A stretch of DNA of 64,000 bases from Leucoraja erinacea (GCF_028641065.1 NC_073407.1:20522001-20586000); one strand, 5' to 3'; positions 25,036-37,538 are shown, counted from the stretch's first letter. A program made the numbers and translations. The notes: generated from the letters alone by a model not told the origin.

Positions 25036-26728
25036 AATCTTTAGAAACAATATCATTTTGCGGACTTGCCAGAACATGCCATTTAAAGCACAATTGTGTG
25101 GCTCAATGAGTCCAACACTTGCGATACATATGTGAATACTTGCGATTCCCATTACCCATTTTTAGCCACATCACCATTATATCTTCATATGCTTTTATTT
25201 CTGATATGTTTATTTTGTTTTCTTTAAATATATCACCTTATTTATTTCAACTACACCTTATTATTGTCACCTCCACAATTAGTAAACATTCTAGTAAAAG
25301 ATTTTCTCCTGACTTTCTATGAGATTTGTTAGTGACTATTTCATATTTTATATTCGTGGCCCATAGTTCTGGTCTTGCTTATATGAAAAAGTTTCTGCAT
25401 CTACCATGACCAACATTTTCATAACCCTAGTCTTCATCATGTCGCACTCATTCCTCACTTTCCTCAAGCCCATTCCACCTGGTTTCTATTAGCTAAACTT
25501 TTATATTTCCATTTAATCTCTTTTCACTTTTTCTTGCATTTTTGTGTCCTTTTATAATCCAAATGACCAGAACCATTTACATGCTTAATGCGTAGTTTCA
25601 CATAATTTTACTGATCTTCAATTTTATCCTGTATTTTATGGTATAATTAATCTGTGTGGATAACTTTAATTATTTGCATATATGTCCCTCCTCACCCATG
25701 TAGACACTAATTTTTCATAAGGTTTCTGTAATTGTGCCAACCAAAATGCTTTATCTTTGTCTGTCGTATCTGTTCTATACAGAAGTTAAATTTGCCAATT
25801 TAATACTATTTCTGAAAGGTTTTTCATATTTTCCCTGCAATTTGTTGAAGTCCTCTGAATAAAATGCAATTCCCAACATGGTGGCTTCTTAATATTTTAA
25901 TTGTACAATCAAAAGTTTTACCTTTGATTTCCTATTTAAATAAATTTACAGCGGACCAAGATTCTCTTGTAATACCATTTCCCGCCTTTTCGCCAACTGA
26001 GTAACTGCCTTTGAACTATTCTCTTGGACAAGCCTGTTTTCAGTATTATAGCCAGCTTGACATATTTTCTAGTGATGAAATGTCCTTTTGTGTAAACTAG
26101 CATCTGCAATTCCTCAATATGTTCTCTAGTTTTTTCTTTGATTCTAGAATTCATAATCTTACACAAGAGTGTACTATGTGCCATTTTATCCAAATATATA
26201 CAATTACTGCATAACTCTTATACTTTCTGATACTTCTTTCAAGAATTCAGTAAGTGCACTAGATTTCTCCCTTTGGAATTATGATTATTACTCCCTATTA
26301 TATTTTCAGCTTCCTGGTGTGTGTTTTATATATCTTTGGCTAAACATTCAAGTATTTTCCTGCTATTGGCTTTAATTCTTAAATAAAATGTTTGATTTCT
26401 GCCAGTCCTATTCCTTTTTCCAATTATTTTTTATTGGAATCACCTTTTGTTAGATTAAACTGCTGCATTTTACCTTACAATATTTTGGAACATTTTGAGA
26501 TTTAAGATGGTAGATTCCAGAATTACATTTCCCTGAAACCAGGGGATCACAGGGGTCTTAAAATAATGATGGGCCAGTCAAGACAGAGATGTGAAAAAAA
26601 TTATTTGCTCAGAGGGTAATGAATCTTTGGAATTCTTTACCTAAGAGCGGTGTGCAGGCTGAGTTGCTGAGAATGTTCAAGGGAGTGACTAAGAGATTTT
26701 TTGATATTAAAGGAATCAAGGTATTCAG

Positions 26729-26861
26729 TCTTCTTCTTGCGTGTGGCGTGCACAGCCTAAAGTTGTAAGACAACTTGTTCTGTTTGATCTTCTGTTTGTG
26801 CACGCCAGGTTGATTGCATTCGTCGAAACAGGGTGGACCACGTGAAGGTTGCAATCTCCCA
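26729..26861 (-). mobile_element. Short CpG-retaining retroelement ending in CGCAAGAAGAAGA (Vingi/RTE-type tail) inside an old CR1 remnant
   Basis: Minus strand reads TGGGAGATTGCAACC...GGCTGTGCACGCCACACGCAAGAAGAAGA; flanks are decayed CR1. Confidence 0.55.
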
Positions 26862-28174
26862 CAGCAAGGTGTTCAGTTAGTTCAGGGAAGTGGAAAGATC
26901 TGCCACAACGGAGGGTCTAAATGTCCCACTCCTGCATCTTCTGCTGTTATGTATGTGTTGGCTGCTGCAATGTTTGGAGAACATGATAAATTAAATCAGG
27001 TTTAACTGGGCAAAGAGAGTCATAGGATAAACCTGAAACTTTAACTCTATTTAAATCCCCCAGATGAGTCCTGACCAGTTGTGCATTTTCTATTTTGACT
27101 TTAGATTCCCAGCTATTTTGATTTTCAAAGAGGAGTACATTTGACTGGTTTTGCAAGCTCATTCAATGCTAGCATTAAGGAAATTTCAGCAAGGCACAAC
27201 TTTTAACTAAAGCGATTTCCATTGAATGCCAGGAATGGACTAATGGGTAAATATTAGCAGGAACAGGCTGACCAGAGAGGCTAAGCACTGGTAACAACTT
27301 TCAGAATCAGGAACGTTGTTGTTGACAAGGGTTTTTTGACCTCAAACATTGGACATGCTTTCTCTCTTACAGATGCTGAGTGTCTTCTGTATTTATTTCA
27401 GATTTATAGCATCTGCATTAAAACAAATTATGTTATCTTGAGATATTAAGGTCAACCAACAACATCTTTGCTGAACATAATGAAAATTATTTATGTAGAG
27501 CTGTTGTCATACAGCATGGAAAAAGGGCCTTTGGCCCTATCCATCCATACTGACCAAGATGCCCTATTCAAGCTAGTCCCATTTTCCCATGCCTACCCCT
27601 CTAAACCTTACCTATCCATGTACCCGCCCAAATGTCTTTTAAATGTTGCTATTGAACCAGCCTCAATCACTTCCTCCTGGCCGTTCATTTCATATACCCA
27701 TCAACCACTATATGAAAAAAGTTGCCCCTCAAGTTCCCTTCGAGTTCCCTCTCATTTTAAACCTGTACCTTGTTTCAGAATATGATCTATTGTATTCATT
27801 TATAGTACCATTTGACTGGATAGCATGCTCTCTGTTCATGTGACAATAAGCTAACTAACTAGAAGCTAGACACAAAAACTGGAGTAACTCAGTCGGTCAG
27901 ACAGCATCTCTGGAGAACTAACTAGTTCTTGATCCCCCTACCCTGGAAAAAAGACTATGTGCAATACAATTGGAATGCTTTTGAGTCTGAGTTGATGGTA
28001 CTTAGGGGGTACCAGTATCAGCACTGAGTCAAGCTCTTGCACAGTTTAGTGCCAAAACTAAATTATACGATGGACGTTTGGGAGACCTCTGGCCCAACAA
28101 CCATTCGGCGTAAGTAGTTGGAGGGATTGTGTAGTGCAGTCAAATTTGGGTGCAAAACTCTGAAAAGTCAGTTT

Positions 28175-28548
28175 GTGTGTAAGAAGCAACTGCAGATGCT
28201 GGTTTAATCCGAAGATAGACACAAAAAGCTGGAGTAACTCAGCAGGACAGGCAGTATCTATGGAGAGAAGGAATGGGTGATGTTTCGGGTCGAGACCCTT
28301 CTTCAGACTGAAGAGAATTATTATGTTATCTTGAGATATTAAGGACAACCAGCAACATCCTTGCTGAACACAATGAAAATTATTTATGTGGAGTTGTTGA
28401 GATACAGCATGGAAAAAGGCATCCATACTGACCAAGATGCCCTATTCAAACTAGCCCCAGACTGAAGAAAGGTCTCGACCCGAAACATCACCCATTCCTT
28501 CTCTCCAGATGCTGCCTGCCCCGCTGAGTTACCCCAGCTTTTTGTGTC
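28175..28548. mobile_element. Inverted pair of Penelope termini around a ~140-bp captured segment
   Basis: Left arm 28175-28313 ends GTTTCGGGTCGAGACCCTTCTTCAGACTGAAG; right arm 28458-28548 starts CAGACTGAAGAAAGGTCTCGACCCGAAACATC. Confidence 0.8.
28462..28490 (+). ncRNA. Minimal hammerhead ribozyme core motif (Penelope-associated)
   Basis: CTGAAGA-stem II (AAGGTCTCGACCC)-GAAAC; reverse-complement copies at about 28282-28306 and 38043-38071. Confidence 0.55.
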
Positions 28549-28730
28549 AGTTTGTGGTTGGTATGTAAAGTGGTCGCCAAACATGGACTTGCTGAGGGTT
28601 TCCACCCAAACAATGCAATGGAGTAGGCAGGCACCCGAGCGTTTTAGTACTCAAGATTGCTGCTGCTAGTTCTTGGTTTCTTGGTCTTCCAAAATATTCC
28701 AAATGGAATTTAAACTGTAGTTTAAATTTA

Positions 28731-28950
28731 ATCTCTGGAATTCTCTGCCACAGAAGGTAGTTGAGGCCAATTCGTTGGCTATATTTAAGAGGGAGTTAGA
28801 TGTTGCCCTTGTGGCTAAAGGGATCAGGAGGTATGGAGAGAAGGCAGGTACAGGATACTGAGTTGGATGATCAGCCATGATCATATTGAATGGCGGTGCA
28901 GGCTCGAAGGGCCAAATGGCCTACTCCTGCACCTACTTTTCTATGTTTCT
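28731..28950 (+). mobile_element. CR1/HER1 3' end (subfamily B)
   Basis: Near-identical to the other subfamily B copies. Confidence 0.92.
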
Positions 28951-29069
28951 AGGCGGTGGAGGGAGGACTTAAGCCAGAAAGGGTTATTGGGAAGAAAGAG
29001 CTACTTTAAATTTAGTTGCACCTGGTTGGGTAACTATAGTAGGGTGGAGATTATTTCATGCTTTCATTG

Positions 29070-29900
29070 TTAACGAGGTTAGCTCGGTACCGCTTCCCCC
29101 CGGCTGTTGATGCAGGAACAGGCACAATAATCCAACAGATTCCCATCAGGTCGACGCTTTAAGACATCAGAGTGCGATAAGATGTGCAGCATAAACGTAG
29201 CGCGCAGTGCTGTGAGTGAAGGGTGATCCGGTGGTTGCTAGGCACCGCGGGATCCCGGGTCCAACTGTCAACGCGGTGGCGGGCGCTAGGACCTCGCGGA
29301 CGCTCCACAGGTGCCGCGATCGGGGCGGGAAAGTCATCGTGAGCCGCCTCTGCCAAGGCGCTGAAATTCAAATAATTAGCGGAAAAAAAAGAACATTCTC
29401 CATAAAACATGAGGAAACCCCCTCGTAAAAACCGCCAGTGAGCAGGTATCTGTTGATAAAAATGCCATTTTGGTGTATATTGTAACACATTTGGGCTCTG
29501 ATTTGCAGGGGGAAAACATCTCGTGAATGAACTTTCCCACCTCATTTATAATTGAATAGAAAAGGAATGCCGAGCGAGGGCCAACATTTGAAAACTTCCA
29601 CCTCATGAATTCATCCTTACCTTCACTCAGAAGATTCTGAGTTGGATTAATCCATTTTACATCAAATAAAATCTATAACCACCCCCACCTCCCAAACAGG
29701 CCATTCGGCCCATTTAGTTCATACACGTGTACATAAAAGAACGACTGCTGGAGGTCGAGCAGCGTCTGTGGAGGGAAGGATCGACGCTTCAGGTTTTGTT
29801 CCTGCGTCAGGACTTTGCAACCACAGTCAGACGCTGCTCGACCCGTTGAGCTCCTCCAGCAGTCGTTTGGTCCAGATTGCAGCAGCTGCAGTTTCATCAT
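29070..29900. promoter_or_regulatory. Orphan CpG-rich island, candidate promoter or enhancer
   Basis: Dense CpG in mostly non-repeat DNA; RFX-like GTTGCTAGGCACC at 29234-29246; GC box GGGGCGGGA near 29322. Confidence 0.55.
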
Positions 29901-30102
29901 GTGTCTCCAGTTCACACATATTTGTCCAACTGGTACTGTCACATTAATTTATTTGGTATCACCCTATCAGAGAAACTGATTTTGTTCTATCCTTTTCTAT
30001 CTGCTATTGAAAAGTAATTTGTTTCTTTGTCTTTCCCAGTTCCGACGTGATTTCTGAAGGTGAGACGTAACTCTGTTTCTCTTTCAAAGGGTTAGGGTTG
30101 TG

Positions 30103-30942
30103 CTTGGTAAACACAGCGCTTGGTGAATAAAACCCTTGGTAAACACAGCCCTTGGTAAACAAAACCCTTGATAAACACAACCCTTGGTAAACACAACCCT
30201 TGGTAAACAAAACCTTTGGTAAACACAAGCCTTGGTAAATACAACCCTTGTGTGTAAACACACCCCTTGTGTGTAAACACACCCCTTGGTAAATACACCC
30301 CTTGGTAAACACACCCCTTGGTAAACACACCCCTTGGTAAAACGCCCCTTGGTAAACACACCCCTTGGTAAACACACCCCTTGGTACACCCCTTGGTAAA
30401 TACACCCCTTGGTAAATACCCCTTGGTAAATACAAGCCTTGGTAAATACACCCCTTGGTAAATACAAGCCTTGGTAAATACAAGCCTTGGTAAACACACC
30501 CCTTGGTAAACACACCCCTTGGTAAATACACCCCTTGGTAAAACACCCCTTGGTAAACACACCCCTTGGGAAATACACCCCTTGGTAAACACACCCCTTG
30601 GTAAACACACCCCTTGGTACACCCCTTGGTAAACACACCCCTTGGTAAATACACCCCTTGGTAAACACACCCCTTGGTAAACACACCCCTTGGTAAATAC
30701 AAGCCTTGGTAAACACACCCCTTGGTAAACACACCCCTTGGTAAAACACCCCTTGGTAAACACACCCCTTGGTAAACACACCCCTTGGTAAACATACCCC
30801 TTGGTAAATACAAGCCTTGGTAAACACAACCCTTAGTAAACAAAACCCTTGGTAAATACAAGCCTTGTGTGTAAACACAACCCTTGGTAAACACAACCCT
30901 TGGTAAACACGGCCCTTGGTAAATACAAGCCTTGGTAAACAT
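30103..30942. repeat. 16-bp minisatellite, consensus CCCCTTGGTAAA(C/T)ACA, roughly 50 units
   Basis: Direct tandem repetition with a homogeneous core and degenerate edges. Confidence 0.97.
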
Positions 30943-31119
30943 AACCTCAACCTTGAGGCGTCTATTTCTCATTATGTTTGTCATCTCCAGACTTTTGGCT
31001 ATTCTGGGGGTCCTTGGTGGATCATTTATCTCCCACTTCATGTAAACTTGATCTCATTCAAATTTGTACTGCCTGAATCCCATAACTTTTAGCTTGCTGA
31101 CTTACATTGACTCTGGCAG

Positions 31120-31660
31120 ATAGTTGATATAATATCTATATTTAAGAAGGGGACTAGGACATTTCTTGGCAATGATAGGCCAGTCAATTTAATACCGGGA
31201 TAGGAAAAATAACAGAATTGCCATTAAAAGAGAAAATAAAACAGACAGAAAAGAAAAGTATAATCATGGTCAGTATGGATTTCCAAAGCGAAAAACTATT
31301 TGAACAATCTAACTTTTTGAGGAAGTAACAGTGGAAATAGGCAATGATATGAAGACAACCCATATTAATTCAAGACTAAACGAATAAGATCAGAGAATGC
31401 AGAGCCTGGGGGGACAACTAACATAAAAGATAGCTAACTGGCTTCAAGACCAAAAGCAGAGAATATGAGTAAAGAAAACTGTGTTGGGAGAAATTGGATA
31501 TTGCTGTTCCATAAAACGTATTGCTGGGATCACTTACATTTATGATTTAGACTTTGGAATCAAAAACAACTGAAAATTGTGGATAATGCCAAATTGGAAG
31601 GAATAGTCAATTTTGAAGAGAACTGCAACAAATCACAGGAGAACCATAATAAATGCAGAA
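31120..31660 (+). mobile_element. Old CR1 RT remnant
   Basis: Decayed RT motifs in order (TTTAAGAAGGGG...AGGCCAGTCAATTTAA, CAGTATGGATTT, AACTGGCTTCAAGACCAAAAGCAGAG, GATAATGCCAAATTGG). Confidence 0.6.
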
Positions 31661-31687
31661 GTCTTGGCTTAAGTTTAAGTTCAGGAA

Positions 31688-32030
31688 CTGCAGGAAACAT
31701 GTTCCCGATGTTGGGGGCGTCCAGAACCAGGGGCCACAGTTTAACAATAAGGGGTAAGCCATTTAGAACGGAGATGAGGAAAAACTTTTTCACACAGAGA
31801 GTTGTGAGTCTCTCTGCCGCAGAGGGCGAAGGAGGCTGGTTCTCTGGATGCTTTCAAGAGAGAGCTTGACAGAGCTCTTAAAGATAGCAGAGTCAAGGGA
31901 TATGGGGAGGAGGCAGGAACGGGGTACTGATTGTGGATAATCAGCCATGATCACATTGAATGGTGGTGCTGGCTCGAGGGGCCGAATGGCCCACTCCTGC
32001 ACCTATTGTCTATTGCCTATTGTCTATTGA
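31688..32030 (+). mobile_element. CR1/HER1 3' end (subfamily A)
   Basis: AGNMFPMLGASRTRGHSL...FFTQRVVSL, 3' UTR and (TATTGTC)n tail. Confidence 0.92.
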
Positions 32031-33690
32031 ACTGCTGGAACAGAAGTTCAGAATTTCCACAGTTTTTATATAAAACAGAAACTCGTTCAGTGAGTGCACT
32101 AAATGCTTATTAAAAATAATTTTTCTGGAACTGATCCTTGCAACACAACCATGCACAAGAAATCTCTCTGTACAATAAAAACGCATAGAGGGAATTTCCC
32201 ATGGAAGGCTTGTGTTATTATCTATTTGGGTAAAATAGGTTCTCCTAAATTTATTAGATTGTTGGCGTCTATTTATGCCCTCTAGGTTTTGTTTCCTCAT
32301 AACAGTAAATATACTTTTTTCTACAACTGCTCCATTAAATTTATAATTTTAGACAGGTCACCTTCCAGGCTTTTATTTTCAAGAAAAAACAAGTACCTTC
32401 TGGTTGGACTTTTCTGATGTTTTAAAAGTCTGTTGCCAGTTGGGGAAGTCACAAAGGCTTTATGAAGAGAAGTCACTGCTGTGTTGTAAGAAATACCTGC
32501 TTGAATCCATTGGGCTAGAATAGAAAGTAGAATCAAGGGAGTTTGGGGAGCTGGAAGCAGGTGGGCACTATTCCCTTTTGCCCTATTGTTCACCCTCACT
32601 AGGGTCTTGGGTGTCAGATGGATTGGTGCTTAGACTTAACTTATTGGATCATTTACCACTGGAACATTCTCATCCCCTGCCATCAACCACACCAGATATT
32701 CCAGTGTTATGTATGATATTCAGGTAGATTGGACAAAGGAATTGAGCTTGGATCACAGATGAACTGAACTCCATCCAACAAATGCACACTTTCTATCAAA
32801 TTGTATTTAAGGAGGAAAAAATGTAAGATAAGCTTTCCTGCCCTAAATATTCCTATCTTTGCTCCCAAGTTATGTTCCTGTTCAGGACCATCTCCTTCTT
32901 TGTCATGATCACATAAAATTACTTAGGATGTAGAGCACTGAATCTCATTATTCTTTGGGCAAAGACATTTCTTTTGAATTTCTTGTAAGATGCCTTGGTG
33001 ACTGTACAGATAACCTGTAGTCATGTTTTTCTCCCACAAATGGAAATATTTTCTATATCAAAACCATTCATAAGTTTATATTCATCTATTATGTTATCTC
33101 TCAGGCTTCTTTCCTCAAGAGAACAGAAACCCTATGCAGTGTCCTGTAAAGCTTTTCCAGGCCCTGATCTATCTGTTCATTTCATTCTACGCTGCATTAA
33201 TTTGTTCCCATTAGACTCCGATCCCAGACCACAACCTTCATTTCCTGCAGACGTTAATGCTTTTTGTTTTGGCCATATTGGATGCAGTTGGTTGGTAACA
33301 GATATTGATCCAGTTTACTACAGAAACATAGGAACAGGGCAAGGCCACAGATCCTCTAATCTGTTCAGGCATTCCATATGATCAGAGGTAATTATGTGAC
33401 CTTACTCCAAATCCCAATACCCTTCAATACTTCTTGTTAACAAAATGTTATCAATCTCAGATTTAAAATGTACAGTTGATTTAATGTTGGTTGCTAATTT
33501 GCAGAAAGGTGTTCCAAATTTCTGTTACCCACTGCATGAAACAATATTTTCTAACTTCTCGCCTGAAAGACCTTGAACTCATTTTTAGATTGTCTCCTAA
33601 TCCTAGACTCCCTAACAGTAGTAATTTGAGCCAGAAATTTAATAAAATGACAGAAGGATTTTATCCACTGCATGATGGAATTTAATCTAA

Positions 33691-33830
33691 AGGGCCTGTC
33701 CCACTTGGGCGTCATTTGCACGTCACGCAGGCCATGCGCGCATCACGTGCACGTCATGATGCACACGTCGTGCGTCGTGACGCGGAAATGATGTCACGGA
33801 AATGACGCGCAAATGCGTGGGACAGGCCCT
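33691..33830. mobile_element. PIF/Harbinger-type MITE, 140 bp
   Basis: 14-bp TIR AGGGCCTGTCCCAC / GTGGGACAGGCCCT, 3-bp TSD TAA (33688-33690, 33831-33833), CpG-rich interior. Confidence 0.9.
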
Positions 33831-33972
33831 TAAAGTAGTGTTTGCACATTGTGTTTCTGGAAATTCTGTCGCTGCCCTTCTTGTCCATGAGGCTAATGGG
33901 TGTGTTTGAGTGACATAGAATGGCATGAAACCCATGATGGATGGCATTCTAGGGATTCTCAGAAGTAAACTG

Positions 33973-34200
33973 ATCTTCTTGCGAATGAAAAATAAACCAA
34001 AGGAATAGTTAGATCTCAAGCCAGGTGTTGAGCAGCCAGGTTGTTGTCTCTGTGTCAATGTCTGCCAGGCCCTGAGCTCCATTTGGTTGGTGGTAGAGCT
34101 AGCACCCAGAGAGACATGGTTGGCTGTCTGTTGTTCTGCTCCGCATTCACAGGCTGGTCTCTGGCGGAGTCCCCATCTCCACATGCTGGCATTGAAACAC
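33973..34200 (-). mobile_element. Vingi/RTEX-like LINE 3' fragment
   Basis: Encodes FNASMWRWGLRQRPACECGAEQQTANHV (C-terminal zinc-knuckle region); ends CATTCGCAAGAAGA. Confidence 0.7.
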
Positions 34201-35871
34201 ATGCTTAATTTCAGGAACAACTTTGGTGACAAAGTCCAAATCAACTGAAGAATCTGTTCCATACTTGGCTGTTACCGAAGAATTTGTTCCATACTTGGCT
34301 GCTACCTAGGAGAAGGTTCCTGTAGGATGGTGCTGAAGTTAATCTTCCTGAAGGTACATTCTGGCTTTTTATCTGAGGGGCTCTGACACAATCCTTGCCC
34401 AGAACACCCACCGTAATTGCTAATGTTTTTCCACAGCTGTCACAAATGTACTCATATCAATCCAGACATTTAATACCATACTAGTTCACAATGGGGAAGG
34501 CTGCAAGCTTGTGGAGACAAAGTTGTGGTTTGCATGCTACCCTTGATCCCATGTGTTTAATACTCAGTTACCTGAACACATCATTAGATTCACATGTTGC
34601 ATTGTGCATTGTGCACATTTGCACATGTCCAGATAGCATTAAACAAAATTGACACGTCTTTCAAACAGTACAAATTTAGCTTAAATTGATACATTTCATG
34701 GCCTCTATTTAATGTATTAGTTCTTAATGTTTTGAATACTTTAATCTCAACTCTTCACCGTGGGAATTTCTGAACATGTCACTGTAGAGTGTGAAAATTA
34801 ATTTACAGGGTACACCAATTATTCAGGTGAATATTATACCCTGCAGCATACCCTTTCTATTATGTGGTACCTGGATCAATTCAGAGCACTGCAAGTGTAG
34901 TCTAATCTGAGATATTAAGTAATTTGCTATTATAAGCTTTTTTAGTGACATCATATAACCGCCACTGACATAGCAAATCAGTTCTGTTCAACATTTTGAA
35001 ATTCCCTTCTCTAAGTTGCTAAGTTTAATTTGAAAGATTGTCATTTAGTATTGTAGGTGAGAGCAAAATGCCTCATGGCTGTAATAGAAGCTCCACGTAG
35101 TCTATAATCTGATTGCTTTTCCCAAAAGATGGCTGAGGATTACACTAATGTCCAGGAAAGAGTAATAAGCTCATAGCTTGGGGGAAATCTGACAATATCT
35201 AGGGGTAATAAATAGTAAGAGTTTTGCATATTTAGTTTTAGAAAGTTCATTTGGAGGGAATACATTGAAGACGCAGCAAAAGGGATAGTTGTAGGCAGCG
35301 AAAGAGCGAGAATGAGAAAGAGTCAGAATCATAGGAGTAGAAAAGTAAAAAATACAGAGGTGAGGTTAAGTGTGTGAGAGCCAGCCAAATGCACAAGGAA
35401 TCCATAATTAAATAATAGGAAACTTGAATAAATAATTATAGAAAGAGCAATGTAAAATGTATTTCATTTTAACTGTGAGAACATTTGCAGGCATTATATA
35501 TAGTTGCTGGCAAAACAAGCTCAGAATTTAAAATTCTGACGATATAAACTACTAGAACTGCTGAAACTATTTTTGACATTCAGCTGCCTTTTGACTAATT
35601 GTTATTCATAGTCTTTGTGCACGTTTTGCTGCTTTTTCTCTGCAAGTTAATACCTTAGGCTTCGTGAATTGTTGATAAATATTGGTTTTAAATATTGCAA
35701 AACTGATCTGCATAAAAGCCAGAATGGGTAGAAAGTGTGTAGGATCATGCTAATTTAAGAATATTATTCACATGTGCAACGGCTGAACTGTTCTTTGTAA
35801 GAAAAGTTTTAATACAGGAAAATGTGATGGAGTTGAATTAGCATAACTAAAATGGTATGATTGTTGTAAAC

Positions 35872-36236
35872 ATTACCAACATCATCAAAGACTCACACTA
35901 TCCTGGCCACACACTCATTTCACCATTGCTATCGGGAAGAAGGTACAAGAGCCTGAAAACTATAACGACCGGGCTCAGGAACAGCTTCTTCCCTAAAGCC
36001 ATCAGGCTGTTAAACACAACAGCAAATAAGCTCTGAAATATAACAGACTATTATTATTATTGCACTATATTTGTTTATTTATTGATTATGTGTGAATGTG
36101 TGTATATATATACCCTGAACGTTTTTTCCCCCCGTTGTGTATTATGTTTACATGTTCTGTTGTGCTGCCGCAGGCATGAATTTCATTGTCCTATCTGGGA
36201 CATATGACAATAAAACACTCTTGACTCTTGACTCTT
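35872..36236 (+). mobile_element. Rex1/Babar 3' fragment
   Basis: IIKDSHYPGHTLISPLLSGRRYKSLK...RLRNSFFP-like coding; tail CATATGACAATAAAACA(CTCTTGA)n. Confidence 0.8.
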
Positions 36237-37538
36237 ACATTGCTGGGTTTATGATTGTATCTCCACTGACAGAAAGACAACTTGCATTTATTTACCTTCT
36301 TCAACATAATAAATAAAAAGTCCCATTTTGCCTCACAGGCAAAAGGCATATTAGGACAGGTCTTTGTCTGTGTGCACCTATTACCTGCCACGCTTTGTCC
36401 TGCCTCTCTTCCAACTTTCTCTCCCTTCCCTACTATCAGTCCAAAGAAGGATCCTGACGCAGAACCTTCACCAACCCATGTTCTCTGGAGATGCTGCCTG
36501 ATCACTGATTTACTTCAGCATTTTGTCTCCTTTTGCGTAAACCAGCATCTGCAGTTCCTTGTTTCTACATTAGGACAGGTTAATCTGGTCAAAATATAGG
36601 TCTAATGAGCACCTCATAAAGGACAATAAATATAGAGGTGGAGAGATTTAGGGAGAGAATGCCAGGAGAATAGAAGGCCGAGTCACTAATGATGAGATGA
36701 AGAAAATGAGGGATGTGCAAATAACTAGAATCAGAGGAGCACAGAGACGGAGGAAATTTACTAAATGTATTGTATTCCTGCGTTCTCATTATTTTGTCCT
36801 GATAAGGTCACTAACATCAAACCACTTACATTCTCTTTCGAACCATTAATGTATATGGTGAAAAATAAAGGATGCAGCACCACTGGTTACAGTTTTTCAA
36901 TTTGAAAAAAAACTATTTTTAAGATGTGGTGAGTCTAATTTCTTGTCTGTTATCCACTGGTTGCGACCAGGCTGTTGGAGCTATTTTCTGTGGCCTTGGA
37001 ATGTATATGGGAAAAAAATAGCAACAGCTCCTCTTTCTAATTGCATTTCAATGAAAAATAGTATTTATCTATAGTAAATGCTACCAATGTATGCAAACAA
37101 GTGTTAAAATAAGTACTCAGTTCAGTCCATCAGGAGGAGCACAGTCCTCCCCATCATGAAAGCATCTACATGAAGCGCTGCTTCAAGGAAGACGGTATCT
37201 ATCATTTCGAGGCCCATGTCCTCTTCCCGATGGGCAGGAGGTGCAGACGTCTAAAGTCACACACCACCAGGTTAAGGAACAGCTATTTTTCTACAACCAT
37301 CAGATTCTTGAACCAACCTGCACAACCCTAATCCAACCTTAGTAATGGAGCACTTTGGAACACCTCTTCTTGCACTACCAAGGACTTTTATTTTGAATTC
37401 TGTTTTGCACAAATGTCTTGTTTTATTCTTTATGCAACATTTATGCAGAATTTATATGTTGTATGTTGTGTGAGGCTATGTGCCTGTGAAGGTACTGTAA
37501 ATACAATTTTCATTGTTCATGTACCTTATCATACTAAT

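Noticed and set aside
30103-30942. CRISPR-like array
   Set aside because: Head-to-tail repeats without unique spacers, no cas genes, vertebrate context.
30004-31041. Three long overlapping minus-strand ORFs (345, 288, 245 aa)
   Set aside because: They translate the 16-bp minisatellite, which lacks minus-strand stops; no protein features.
34247-34306. 30-bp tandem duplication
   Set aside because: Two copies only; ordinary local duplication.
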